64,000 bases of DNA from Pseudomonadota bacterium (GTDB taxonomy: Bacteria; Pseudomonadota; Gammaproteobacteria; Burkholderiales; Burkholderiaceae_C): NCBI GenBank assembly GCA_040385775.1, contig JAZKGR010000171.1, positions 25,072 through 89,071 on the forward strand. Direction: 5' to 3'. This document shows positions 9,804 through 19,373 of the stretch, piece after piece. The translations under genes were made by a program, and so were the position numbers. The notes below the pieces were generated by a model, which saw only the letters and a program-made list of their open reading frames with translations, made no database searches and was not told where the DNA came from. Numbering within the stretch: the first letter of the stretch is position 1; each line of letters opens with the position of its first letter.

Positions 9804-11468
9804 ATGACTGCCTTGCCTTCCGGCACGCCTGTTTCCCTGATCGCCCATGCGGACGCCCTGGCGCCGGGGACGCGGCTGGCCGAGTTTGAACTGCGGGGTG
9901 TGCTGGGCGTGGGCGGTTTCGGCATGGTCTACCAGGCCTTTGACCACTCGCTGCAACGGCCGGTGGCCATCAAGGAATACATACCGGCCGCACTGGCCGG
10001 ACGCGGGCAGGACGGCGCGGTCATCGTGCGGGATCCGGCGGACCAGCCGGCTTTTGCGGCCGGGCTGCAGTCTTTTGTGGCCGAAGCCCGCCTGCTGGCG
10101 CAGTTCGACCACCCCTCGCTGGTAAAGGTGTTTCGCTACTGGGAGGGCAACCAGACCGCCTACATGGTGATGCCGCTGTACCGCGGCATGACGCTGCAGG
10201 CGGCGCGCACCCAGATGCGCAGCCCGCCGACCGAGGCCTGGCTGCGCAAGGTGCTGTGGGCGGTGCTGGGCGCGCTCAAGACCCTGCACCATGGCAGCGC
10301 CGTGCACCGCGACGTCTCGCCCGACAACATCTTCCTGCAGGACAGCGGCCCGCCGGTGCTGCTGGACCTGGGCGCCGCGCGCCACGCCATCGGCGGCAAG
10401 ACGCAGGACCTGACCGACGCCTTCAAGCTCAGTTATGCGCCGCTGGAGCAGCATGCCAAAGACCCGCAGATGCGTCAGGGTCCCTGGACCGACCTCTACG
10501 CGCTGGCGGCAGTGGTGCACGGGCTGTTGTGCAACAAGCCACCGCTGCCCGCCACCTTTCGCGTGGTGCGCGACCGCCTGCCGCCGTTTGCGCGCGTGGC
10601 GCGCACGGTGCAGGAGCAATTCGGCCAGTCCTACAGCCCGGCGTTTGTGCAGGCCATCGGCCAGGCGCTGGCGATCGAACCGACAGCCCGGCCGCAAACT
10701 GTGGCCGCGCTGGTGCAGGCGATGGGGCTGGAAACGCCGAACGGCATGTCGCGTTTCGACTGGCGCGCCGAACTGGGCGCGATCTGGGTACCGCCGGGCT
10801 CATCTGTGCCGCAGCATCTGCCCAGGACGCCCGAACCCGAGAAAGCGCCCGCACCGACCGATGAGCCGACGCAGCCGCTGGTGTCATCGGCCCGCCGGCG
10901 CGCAGCACCCCCGCCAAAGCAGCTGGCCAAATCGCTACCGGTTCAGCCGGCGATGCGTTGGCGTATCGGCGCGGGTGTGGCTGCCGTGTTGCTGCTTGCG
11001 GTATCGGCCGTGGTTTTCACAGGGCGGAGCGGGGCACCTGCGGTGCAAGACCTGGCCGCGGTCGCGCCGCCACCCGAGCGGCCGGCGCTGCTGTCCACGG
11101 CCTTGCCGGTGCCCCCTGCGGCCTCAGGCACGCGGCCACCCACGGCGCCGACCGCCATAGCGGCCGCAGCTTCTCCTCCGGTGCCGCCCAAGCGTGCCGT
11201 CCGCAAAAAAGAGGCGCAGGCGGAGCCGGCCACACCCGCCCCGGCTCCGGCGGCCGTGGTGGCGCAGCCGGCCGCGCCGCAAGGTGTGGAGCCTGCCGCA
11301 GTGGCGCCTGTCCTGCCCGATCCGCGTCTGGCATGCGCCGACAGCAGCTTTGTCGGCCGGCCCCTGTGCATCTACCGCGAGTGTCAGAAACCTGGCATGG
11401 CCGCCTTGCCCCTGTGTGTGGAAAACAACGCGCAGATGCTGAACAGCCGAAAATTCGAGGGGTTTTAG
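9804..11468 (+). CDS. Membrane-anchored Ser/Thr protein kinase
   Basis: LGVGGFGMVY, VAIKEY, HRDVSPDNI, DLG; one hydrophobic segment, Pro/Ala linker, C-terminal 4-Cys domain; start uncertain. Confidence 0.88.
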   Translation: MTALPSGTPVSLIAHADALAPGTRLAEFELRGVLGVGGFGMVYQAFDHSLQRPVAIKEYIPAALAGRGQDGAVIVRDPADQPAFAAGLQSFVAEARLLAQFDHPSLVKVFRYWEGNQTAYMVMPLYRGMTLQAARTQMRSPPTEAWLRKVLWAVLGALKTLHHGSAVHRDVSPDNIFLQDSGPPVLLDLGAARHAIGGKTQDLTDAFKLSYAPLEQHAKDPQMRQGPWTDLYALAAVVHGLLCNKPPLPATFRVVRDRLPPFARVARTVQEQFGQSYSPAFVQAIGQALAIEPTARPQTVAALVQAMGLETPNGMSRFDWRAELGAIWVPPGSSVPQHLPRTPEPEKAPAPTDEPTQPLVSSARRRAAPPPKQLAKSLPVQPAMRWRIGAGVAAVLLLAVSAVVFTGRSGAPAVQDLAAVAPPPERPALLSTALPVPPAASGTRPPTAPTAIAAAASPPVPPKRAVRKKEAQAEPATPAPAPAAVVAQPAAPQGVEPAAVAPVLPDPRLACADSSFVGRPLCIYRECQKPGMAALPLCVENNAQMLNSRKFEGF

Positions 11469-11541
11469 GCCGGGAGCCGCTGAAAAAGGCTGTGTTCTGG
11501 CCTTTGGGGTGCCTGGACTGGCGGAAAAACCGCCAGCTTTG

Positions 11542-11547
11542 TATAAT
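11542..11547 (+). promoter_or_regulatory. Probable sigma70 -10 box for rplM-rpsI
   Basis: Perfect TATAAT about 125 bp upstream of rplM; -35 not clear. Confidence 0.5.
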
Positions 11548-11669
11548 CGAGGGCTTCGCAGCGATTGGCTGGCCCCGCGGCGAAGTTCATTTTCCCACCT
11601 AAGAGGTTTCCATCAGAGAAACACCGACCGTGGAAAAGGGCTGCTCAAACCAACTTGAAAAGTAAACCC

Positions 11670-12113
11670 ATGACAACCTTCAGCGCAAAACCCGCTGACG
11701 TGGTCCATGAGTGGTTTGTGATTGACGCGACCGACAAGGTCCTCGGACGAGTAGCCAGCGAAGTTGCTCTCCGTTTGCGCGGCAAACACAAGGCCATTTA
11801 CACGCCTCACGTCGATACCGGTGACTTCATCGTCATCATCAACGCAGCCCAGCTGCGCGTCACCGGCGCCAAGTCGACTGACAAGATTTACTACCGCCAC
11901 TCCGGTTATCCCGGCGGCATTTCGGCGACCAATTTCAAGGACATGCAGGCCAAGCACCCCGGCCGCGCCCTGGAAAAAGCCGTCAAGGGCATGTTGCCCA
12001 AGGGCCCGCTCGGCTACGCCATGATCAAGAAACTCAAGGTCTATGGTGGTGCAGAACACCCGCATACCGCCCAACAGCCCAAAGTGCTTGAAATCGCAGG
12101 AGCCGCCAAATGA
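11670..12113 (+). CDS. rplM: 50S ribosomal protein L13
   Basis: [39 protein letters not shown]. Confidence 0.98.
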   Translation: MTTFSAKPADVVHEWFVIDATDKVLGRVASEVALRLRGKHKAIYTPHVDTGDFIVIINAAQLRVTGAKSTDKIYYRHSGYPGGISATNFKDMQAKHPGRALEKAVKGMLPKGPLGYAMIKKLKVYGGAEHPHTAQQPKVLEIAGAAK

Positions 12114-12502
12114 TCGGTGATTGGAACAATGGCACCGGCCGTCGCAAATCCAGCGTCGCCCGCGTGTTTATCAAAAAAGGCACTGGCAAGATCACGGTCA
12201 ACGACCGCGACATCCAGACCTTCTTCGGTCGCGAAACCTCGATCATGATCTGCAAGCAGCCGCTGCACCTGACCAACCATGTCGAAACCTTTGACATCAT
12301 GGTCAACGTGCACGGCGGCGGTGAGTCCGGCCAGGCCGGCGCGGTGCGCCACGGCATCACCCGCGCGCTGATCGACTATGACGCCACCCTCAAGCCGGTG
12401 CTGAGCCAGGCCGGCTTCGTGACCCGTGACGCCCGTGAAGTCGAGCGTAAAAAGGTCGGTTTCCGTTCGGCACGCCGTCGCAAGCAGTTCAGCAAGCGTT
12501 AA
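12110..12502 (+). CDS. rpsI: 30S ribosomal protein S9
   Basis: [31 protein letters not shown]. Confidence 0.98.
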   Translation: MIGDWNNGTGRRKSSVARVFIKKGTGKITVNDRDIQTFFGRETSIMICKQPLHLTNHVETFDIMVNVHGGGESGQAGAVRHGITRALIDYDATLKPVLSQAGFVTRDAREVERKKVGFRSARRRKQFSKR

Positions 12503-12523
12503 GACGTTTTTGCTGGCCCCGAG

Positions 12524-12555
12524 AAGCCGCCTGGTTTGTGCCTGGCGGCTTTTTT
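12524..12555 (+). terminator. Intrinsic terminator after rpsI
   Basis: AAGCCGCC..GGCGGCTT stem followed by T tract. Confidence 0.8.
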
Positions 12556-12688
12556 CATGGTTTTTTCAGAACAGGGCGTGACCGCGGCAGCGACACAAAC
12601 GCTTGCTGCGCTTACCGGCTGAAGTCCGGCGGTCAGCGCATCTGCGTGCACAATGCACCTCCCGACATAAAAACCGCAGGACCTGCCC

Positions 12689-13396
12689 TTGAAGTTCCGC
12701 CTGTTTCGCCGCCGTTTGACCATCAGCTCCCCGCGCATGGCCATACGCACCTCCATGCCCTGGCCGCTGCGCTGGGCGATGGGCGCGATGATGCTTGGTT
12801 TTTCCGCTGCCATTGCGCTGTGGACCTTCGAGCTCGGCGTCAGCATCGCCGGACTGGACAGGGCGGCCAAGCTTGAATTGAACAAGCTGCGCGAAGAAGT
12901 TGCGGAGCTTCGCTCTGAACGCGACAAATCGCAGTCGATCGCCAACATTTCCGGCAGCCTGCTGACGGCCGAGAAAGCCGCGCAGGAAAAGATGATGGGC
13001 CAGATCAGGCAACTGGAGTCGGAGAACCGGCTGCTGCGTGATGACCTGGGGTTTTTCGAGAAGCTGCTGCCGGCCGGCGGCGCCGACAGCGCTGCCATCC
13101 GCGGTTTGCAGGCCGAAAAGCTGTCGGACATGCAGATCAAATGGCAGGTGCTGGTGATTCAACCAGTGCGCGATGCGCCGGTATTCAACGGCAAGCTGGA
13201 GTTGACGTTCAGCGGCACCCTGGCCGGAAAGCCCTGGACCACGGGTCTGTCCGGTGGTCCGCAAACTTTACAGTTCAAACAGTACCGGCGCGTGGAAGGT
13301 GTCCTCGACTTGCCGCCCCAAGCCGTGGTACAAACGATTACAGCCAAGCTCATCGAAGGAACCGTGACGCGTTCCGTGCAAGCCATCAAGTTGTAG
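12689..13396 (+). CDS. Conserved membrane/coiled-coil protein upstream of bactofilin (DUF6776-like)
   Basis: N-terminal TM, coiled coil, DLGFFEKL, FKQYRRVEG; TTG start. Confidence 0.7.
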   Translation: MKFRLFRRRLTISSPRMAIRTSMPWPLRWAMGAMMLGFSAAIALWTFELGVSIAGLDRAAKLELNKLREEVAELRSERDKSQSIANISGSLLTAEKAAQEKMMGQIRQLESENRLLRDDLGFFEKLLPAGGADSAAIRGLQAEKLSDMQIKWQVLVIQPVRDAPVFNGKLELTFSGTLAGKPWTTGLSGGPQTLQFKQYRRVEGVLDLPPQAVVQTITAKLIEGTVTRSVQAIKL

Positions 13397-13421
13397 AGTT
13401 GATGCAAGACAGGAAATCCCC

Positions 13422-13865
13422 ATGTTCGGTAAAAAAGCCCAGCCCTCCATTCGCAGCCTGATCGCCCAGGGCAGCTGTATTGAAGGCAACCTCAAATTCA
13501 CCGATGGCCTGCGCATTGACGGCGAAGTGATCGGCGACATTCGTGCCAACGAAGGCAGCCCCAGCATTCTGGTGATCAGCGAGTCGGCCTGCGTCACTGG
13601 CCATATTCACGCCGACCACGTCATCATCAATGGCCGCGTGATGGGCCCGGTTCACGCTTCGGAACTGCTGGAGTTGCAGCCCAAAGCCAAAATCCAGGGT
13701 GATATCGCCTACAAGGCGCTTGAAATGCACCAGGGCGCCGTCATCTTTGGTCAGTTGCGGCCCACCGATCAGGAGGCTGGCGACAAGCCCCTGCTGAAGC
13801 TGGCCGCCAACAACGTCGAGAAGACCCGTGAAGAGGCCCAAGTCAGCGGCTACGGCCGGCCTTAG
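13422..13865 (+). CDS. Bactofilin (polymer-forming cytoskeletal protein)
   Basis: SLIAQGSCIEGNL, LRIDGEVIGDI beta-helix repeats. Confidence 0.9.
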   Translation: MFGKKAQPSIRSLIAQGSCIEGNLKFTDGLRIDGEVIGDIRANEGSPSILVISESACVTGHIHADHVIINGRVMGPVHASELLELQPKAKIQGDIAYKALEMHQGAVIFGQLRPTDQEAGDKPLLKLAANNVEKTREEAQVSGYGRP

Positions 13866-13960
13866 GGACCGTGAGCAAGCGCAAGCAAGTCAGCGCCGCC
13901 CTTGTGGTTGCTTGAAGTGCGTTACGATGGACCGATTGATTGTGAAGAACGGAGTCTCCC

Positions 13961-14326
13961 ATGAGCGCAGTAGCTGAAAACATCCAGACCGAAATGCCCG
14001 CCCCTTTTGTCTTTACCGACAGTGCTGCGGCCAAGGTGGCGGACCTGATTGCCGAAGAAGGCAACCCTGATCTGAAGTTGCGTGTGTTCGTGCAAGGCGG
14101 CGGTTGCTCGGGTTTCCAGTACGGCTTCACCTTCGACGAAATCACCAACGAAGACGACACCACCATGACCAAAAACGGCGTGTCGCTGTTGATTGACGCC
14201 ATGAGCTACCAGTACCTGGTCGGTGCCGAGATCGACTACAAGGACGACCTCGAAGGCGCCCAGTTCGTGATCAAGAACCCGAACGCCACCAGCACCTGCG
14301 GTTGCGGTTCCAGCTTTTCTGCCTGA
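13961..14326 (+). CDS. erpA: Iron-sulfur cluster insertion protein ErpA
   Basis: [31 protein letters not shown]. Confidence 0.96.
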   Translation: MSAVAENIQTEMPAPFVFTDSAAAKVADLIAEEGNPDLKLRVFVQGGGCSGFQYGFTFDEITNEDDTTMTKNGVSLLIDAMSYQYLVGAEIDYKDDLEGAQFVIKNPNATSTCGCGSSFSA

Positions 14327-14341
14327 TCGCGCATGCGCGAC

Positions 14342-14370
14342 AAAAAAAGCCGCCGCAAGGCGGCTTTTTT
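14342..14370. terminator. Bidirectional intrinsic terminator (erpA/anmK)
   Basis: AAAAAAAGCCGCC-GCAA-GGCGGCTTTTTT. Confidence 0.9.
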
Positions 14371-14418
14371 GTTTTCAGCGTCGCGGGGTCAGCCTGAAAC
14401 CGTTGGTGCAACAAGGCA

Positions 14419-15564
14419 CTAGGCCGGGTAAATCGCGCCCAGCACCCGCGGCCCGGCGGCGCCGGTCACGCTGGGCAGGTTGCCGGCCTGGTGCAGAACC
14501 GCCTGGCGCGCCAGCCAGGCAAATGCTGCGGCTTCGACCTGCAGCGGCGGCAGGCCATGCAATTCCGACGATTCGACCTGCAATTGCGGCAAGCCCGCCT
14601 GCAGGCGCTGCATCAGGTGCTGGTTGAGGGCACCCCCGCCACAGACAATCAGTAGTTTGCTATCTTTTGCATAGCTGTTGACGCCCGCCACACATGGGCG
14701 AGCAGTGAATTCGGCCAAGGTATTTTGGATATCTTCAGGGCGCTCCCCTGCAAAAGCTGCGAGCTTTTCTTCCAGCCAGGCCACGCTGAAAAGATCGCGG
14801 CCTGTGCTTTTCGGCGGCGGCAGGGCAAAGTAAGGGTCGGCTAGCAGGCTGGCCAGCAAGGCCGGGATCAGCTTGCCACTGGCCGCCCAGGCACCGCTGG
14901 CGTCGAAGGGCTGGCCGGTGTGCCGCTGGCACCAGGCGTCCATCAGGGCGTTGCCTGTGCCGCAGTCAAAACCCAGCACAGCGCGCTTGCCGGCAGGCGG
15001 CAGCACGCTCAGGTTGGAGATGCCGCCAAGGTTCAGCACGCACACGGTCGCATCCTGCTGGCCAAACACGCCTTGGTGAAAAGCCGGCGCCAGTGGTGCG
15101 CCCTGGCCACCGGCAGCCACGTCGCGGCTGCGAAAGTCTGCGACCACAGGCAGCCCGGTCAGCTCTGCCAGCAAGGCCGGGTTGTTGAGCTGAAGCGTGT
15201 AGGCGGCATGGTCAGGCCGGGAGACGTCAGAAGGGCTGTGTGGCGGCTGGTGCCTGACGGTCTGCCCATGGGCGCCGACGGCCTGAACCTGGCTGGCGGA
15301 GACCCCTTGAGCGGCGCCCAGATCCAGCAGCGTATTGACGACGCCTGAATACACCACGGCCAGTTGGTTGGCGGCCAGGGCCGCGCGGTGCAGTTCGTTG
15401 TGACCGGGCGAGTTCAGCGCCAGCAACTCGGCGCGGAAGTCATCTGAAAAAGACCCGGTGGCCGTCGCGATCACCTGCGGCTTGCCGTCCGAAAAATCAA
15501 GCAGTACGCCGTCCGCGCCATCCAGGGAGGTGCCTGACATCAGGCCGATGTAGTGATTGAGCAT
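14419..15564 (-). CDS. anmK: Anhydro-N-acetylmuramic acid kinase
   Basis: IGLMSGTSLDG, HGQTVRH, DFRSRDVAAGGQGAPL, PKSTGRDLF. Confidence 0.96.
   Translation of the reverse strand: MLNHYIGLMSGTSLDGADGVLLDFSDGKPQVIATATGSFSDDFRAELLALNSPGHNELHRAALAANQLAVVYSGVVNTLLDLGAAQGVSASQVQAVGAHGQTVRHQPPHSPSDVSRPDHAAYTLQLNNPALLAELTGLPVVADFRSRDVAAGGQGAPLAPAFHQGVFGQQDATVCVLNLGGISNLSVLPPAGKRAVLGFDCGTGNALMDAWCQRHTGQPFDASGAWAASGKLIPALLASLLADPYFALPPPKSTGRDLFSVAWLEEKLAAFAGERPEDIQNTLAEFTARPCVAGVNSYAKDSKLLIVCGGGALNQHLMQRLQAGLPQLQVESSELHGLPPLQVEAAAFAWLARQAVLHQAGNLPSVTGAAGPRVLGAIYPA
14659..14722 (+). repeat. Dispersed 17+20 motif copy 3 (inside anmK)
   Basis: GCTATCTTTTGCATAGC-N20-GGGCGAGCAGTGAATTCGG. Confidence 0.7.
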
Positions 15565-15675
15565 GCAGCCATTTTGCCGCATGGCGGCGGCCAGCTCGGG
15601 GGGGGCAGGAAGCTGAACATCAGTGATCCTGCGACGAGCTCAGGACGATCGGACGTGCGGGCATGTCTTTTCAAG

Positions 15676-15766
15676 CAGGGGCCGCGGATCTGGCTTTGCC
15701 AGTCCGCAGGCGCAGCGGCCCCCTCGGGGGGCAGAGAGCTACACGTCAGTGAGCGAACGTGGGGGC
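15676..15766. repeat. REP-like palindromic element, family III
   Basis: GGGGCCGC..GCGGCCCC and GCCCCCTCGGGGGGC..GAACGTGGGGGC nested inverted repeats in intergenic space; single copy in window. Confidence 0.55.
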
Positions 15767-15771
15767 TCTAT

Positions 15772-17133
15772 TCACTCCGCGCGGGCCTGGGTGATCGTTG
15801 CTGCCGCCTGAAGCTGGCTTTTTACGCCGGCAGCCAGTTCGCGGAAGGCGGGCATGGCCGCCGCAGACAAGGGAATGGTTTCACTCTGCCTGGCAATCGT
15901 CATCGGGTCCTGATGGGCGCCGTTGACGCGGAATTCAAAGTGCAGGTGCGGGCCGGTGGCCCAGCCGGTTGCGCCCACCAGGCCGATGGTCTGGCCCTGG
16001 CTGACAGTCTGGCCGCGTTGCACCGAGATTTTGCTCAGGTGGGCATAGACGGTTTCGTGGCCGTTGCGGTGCTTGATGAAAACCACGTTGCCGTAGCCGT
16101 TTTGCGCGCCGGCAAATTCGACCACGCCGTCACCGACGGTGCGTGCCGGGGTGCCGGTGGCGGCCGCGAAATCAGTGCCCAAGTGCGCGCGCCACTTTTG
16201 CAGGATGGGATGAAAACGCATGGAAAAGCCGCTGCTGATGCGCGAGAACTCCACCGGGGAGCTCAGGTAGGCGCGGCGCAGGCTCTGGCCGTCCAGGGTA
16301 TAGTAGCCGCCCTTGTTCTGAGCGCCCGCGCCCTGGCCAGGGGGCTGGAACCACATGGCCTGGTAAGTTTTGCCAGCGTTGACGAACTCGGCCGACAGTA
16401 CGCGGCCGGTGCGCAAGGCTTCGCCGTCGGCTTCCAGGGTTTCATAGACCACGTTGAAGCGGTCACCCTTGCGCAGCGCGCGCCGGAAATCAATGTCGCC
16501 CGAGAATATCTCGGCGATCTGCACCGCCACCGCGTCGGGAATCCGTGCTTCATCAGTTGCGGCAAAGAGCGAGCTCTGGATGTTGCCGCTGGCCAGCCGC
16601 GCCGATGCTGCATAAGGCGCTGTTTCAATGCGTGAGCTCAGGCCCGCCGCTGTGCGCTCGATGACCAGCCGTTTGAACAGGGTTTCATCGTCGGTGGGCC
16701 AGCGCATGCTGAGCTTGAGCAACTGCTGGCTGTCGCTGGCTTCGACCGTGACGGCCTTGCCGGGGCGGCCTGCCAGGATCAGGTGTGCATTGGCATCGCT
16801 GCGCAAAAAAGCCGAGGCGGAAGCATCGTCAATATTCAGCCGCTTGAGCAGGGCGTCGACGGTATCGCTGCTACGGGTGGTGTCGGTGCGAAACAGGGAG
16901 TAGCGGAAATCACCCAAAACCTCGGTCTGGCTTTCCGTCGGCAGGGCCTGGACGGCTTCCAGCACCTGGCGCACGGGCAGATCGGCGGCGTCAGGCGCGA
17001 GCGGGGCCACGCCGAAAGCGGTCACGCCAGTGCCGAGCAACAAGGCAGCCAATGTGCCTGTGATTCGTTTCGGGTGACGGTGTAGAAGACCGGAGACAGT
17101 CTGCAGGGCGCGTGAGAGATCGTTTTTGATCAA
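15772..17133 (-). CDS. M23 family peptidoglycan endopeptidase (MepM-like)
   Basis: HLGTDFAA, YGNVVFIKH, YAHLS, TGPHLHFEF; start uncertain (TTG). Confidence 0.92.
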   Translation of the reverse strand: MIKNDLSRALQTVSGLLHRHPKRITGTLAALLLGTGVTAFGVAPLAPDAADLPVRQVLEAVQALPTESQTEVLGDFRYSLFRTDTTRSSDTVDALLKRLNIDDASASAFLRSDANAHLILAGRPGKAVTVEASDSQQLLKLSMRWPTDDETLFKRLVIERTAAGLSSRIETAPYAASARLASGNIQSSLFAATDEARIPDAVAVQIAEIFSGDIDFRRALRKGDRFNVVYETLEADGEALRTGRVLSAEFVNAGKTYQAMWFQPPGQGAGAQNKGGYYTLDGQSLRRAYLSSPVEFSRISSGFSMRFHPILQKWRAHLGTDFAAATGTPARTVGDGVVEFAGAQNGYGNVVFIKHRNGHETVYAHLSKISVQRGQTVSQGQTIGLVGATGWATGPHLHFEFRVNGAHQDPMTIARQSETIPLSAAAMPAFRELAAGVKSQLQAAATITQARAE

Positions 17134-17341
17134 AACTGGAATTCCCAACTTAAAGAGCCATCAGGCAACAACGAGAAGCCTGGTGACGAGGGATGAAGGT
17201 GTTGTGCCGCCAGGAAAAAGCAGGGGCGGGCGACAACTTAGAATTGGTTTGCAATTTGTGGGCCAACTGGCCTTGGCGCTAAACAATGGCAGAAACGCGA
17301 GTATATATGTCGGACAACTGCCCGACATGTGAAAAACCCTT

Positions 17342-18574
17342 ATGAATCAAGAGCTTGTTACAAATTTCCCGGTAACGGATCGCGTTAAAGAAGCGCTTGC
17401 CGTGTCGCTGCGAGGCTGCGAAGAGCTGATTCCCCAAGACGAATGGCTTAAAAAATTGGCACGTTCGGAGGCGACCGGCGTGCCGCTGCGCATCAAATTG
17501 GGGCTGGACCCCACGGCACCTGACATTCATGTAGGTCATACGGTGGTGTTGAACAAAATGCGCCAGTTGCAGGATCTCGGGCACACGGTGATCTTTTTGA
17601 TCGGCGACTTCACCTCCCTGATTGGTGACCCCTCGGGCCGCAACACCACCCGGCCGCCGCTGACCCCCGAGCAAATCAAGGTCAATGCGCAGACTTATTA
17701 CAAACAGGCCTCACTGGTGCTGGACCCGGCGCGTACCGAAATTCGCTACAACAGTGAGTGGAGCGACCCGCTGGGCGCGCGCGGGATGATCGAGCTGGCC
17801 GCCAAATACAACGTGGCCCGCATGATGGAGCGCGACGACTTCAACAAACGCTTCAAGGCCGGCCAGTCGATCAGCGTGCATGAGTTTTTGTACCCGCTGA
17901 TGCAGGGTTACGACTCGGTGGCACTCAAGAGCGACCTGGAGCTGGGCGGCACCGACCAGAAATTCAACCTGCTGGTGGGCCGGCATCTGCAGGCCGAATA
18001 CGGCCAGGAGCCGCAGTGCATCCTGACCATGCCGCTGCTCGAAGGCCTGGACGGCGTGGAAAAAATGTCCAAGAGCAAGAACAACTACATCGGCATCTCG
18101 GAAGACGCCAACACCATGTTCGCCAAGGTGTTGTCGGTCTCCGATGTGTTGATGTGGAAATGGTTCACCTTGCTGAGCTTCAAGAGCGAAGCCGATATTG
18201 CCGCGCTCAAGAAGGAAGTCGAGGCCGGGCGCAATCCCAAGGACGCCAAGGTGGCTCTGGCCAAGGAGATCACTGCACGTTTCCATTCCGTCGCGGCTGC
18301 TGATGCGGCGGAGCAGGATTTCATCAACCGCAGCAAAGGCGGCGTGCCCGACGAGATCGCCGAAGTCAGCCTCAGTGGTGCGCCGCTGGGCATAGGCGCA
18401 CTGCTCAAGATGGCCGGGCTGGCAGCCTCCAGCGGCGAAGGCAACCGCCTGATTGACGGTGGTGGCGTGCGCGTGGACTCCAGTGTGGTCAGCGACAAGG
18501 CGCTCAAGCTGGACGCCGGTACCTACGTCGTGCAGGTCGGCAAGCGCAAGTTTGCGCGCGTGACGCTGGACTGA
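17342..18574 (+). CDS. tyrS: Tyrosine--tRNA ligase
   Basis: GLDPTAPDIHVGH, GGTDQKFN, KMSKS, S4-like C-terminus. Confidence 0.98.
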   Translation: MNQELVTNFPVTDRVKEALAVSLRGCEELIPQDEWLKKLARSEATGVPLRIKLGLDPTAPDIHVGHTVVLNKMRQLQDLGHTVIFLIGDFTSLIGDPSGRNTTRPPLTPEQIKVNAQTYYKQASLVLDPARTEIRYNSEWSDPLGARGMIELAAKYNVARMMERDDFNKRFKAGQSISVHEFLYPLMQGYDSVALKSDLELGGTDQKFNLLVGRHLQAEYGQEPQCILTMPLLEGLDGVEKMSKSKNNYIGISEDANTMFAKVLSVSDVLMWKWFTLLSFKSEADIAALKKEVEAGRNPKDAKVALAKEITARFHSVAAADAAEQDFINRSKGGVPDEIAEVSLSGAPLGIGALLKMAGLAASSGEGNRLIDGGGVRVDSSVVSDKALKLDAGTYVVQVGKRKFARVTLD

Positions 18575-18604
18575 GGGCAACCTGGTATTTGACTAGGAGG
18601 GATT

Positions 18605-18623
18605 TTGTACAAACAATGTACAA
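18605..18623. promoter_or_regulatory. Probable autoregulatory operator of vapBC
   Basis: TGTACA-N5-TGTACA immediately upstream of the antitoxin start. Confidence 0.5.
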
Positions 18624-18632
18624 TTTAAGTCC

Positions 18633-18950
18633 ATGATCACCAACATAGACATTGATGAAGCCGTTGTGGCCGAAGCTATGCGGCTGTCGGGCGCGCGTAC
18701 CAAACGCGAGGTGGTGGACCGCGCCTTGCGCGAGATGGTGGCACGCGCTACACGTCCCTCAGTCCGGGAATTGTTTGGCATAGGCGGCGTGGACCCTGAG
18801 TACGACCCGAAGGCGCCTTGGGCGCGTGGTGCCGAAGTTGGGCAATACCGGGTGGAGCAGCCCCGCGCCACCTACCAGTCGCCTGCCAGGCCCGCTGCAG
18901 AAAAAACCGCCAGACCAGCCCGGTCAAAGAAGACTGATGCTGCTGGTTGA
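18633..18950 (+). CDS. vapB: VapB-family antitoxin
   Basis: TNIDIDEAVVAEAMRLSGARTKREVVDRAL ribbon-helix-helix; overlaps PIN gene. Confidence 0.85.
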   Translation: MITNIDIDEAVVAEAMRLSGARTKREVVDRALREMVARATRPSVRELFGIGGVDPEYDPKAPWARGAEVGQYRVEQPRATYQSPARPAAEKTARPARSKKTDAAG

Positions 18951-19359
18951 CTCGTCGGTCTGGATCGACTGGCTGCGCGGAGCCGACACTGATGCGGTTC
19001 GGTTTGTTCAAGAGCGCGAGGCGCACGAAGAACTGGCACTCACGCAGATGATTTACCTGGAGGTGCTGCAAGGCGTGAGCTCCGAGCGCCAGTTTGCCGC
19101 GACCCGGTGGGTGCTGGGCGCGCAAACCCTGCTGCAGCCGCTGGACGCGCTGGAAACTTTTGAGGCTGCAGCGCAACTGTATCGGCGTGCGCGGCAGAAG
19201 GGCTTGACGATTCGTAAATCAACAGACTGCCTGATTGCAGCGATGGCGCTGGAGCATGAAGCGATGCTGGTTCACAACGACCGTGATTTCCTGGCACTGG
19301 CAGAGGCAGCACCTGCACTTGTGATTTACCCTGGCAGGAGGTTTGCTTCAGGACACTGA
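18937..19359 (+). CDS. vapC: VapC PIN-domain toxin
   Basis: LLVDSSVWID, EVLQG, DCLIAA, HNDRDF acidic tetrad. Confidence 0.92.
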   Translation: MLLVDSSVWIDWLRGADTDAVRFVQEREAHEELALTQMIYLEVLQGVSSERQFAATRWVLGAQTLLQPLDALETFEAAAQLYRRARQKGLTIRKSTDCLIAAMALEHEAMLVHNDRDFLALAEAAPALVIYPGRRFASGH

Positions 19360-19373
19360 GCGCGTTCAATGCC

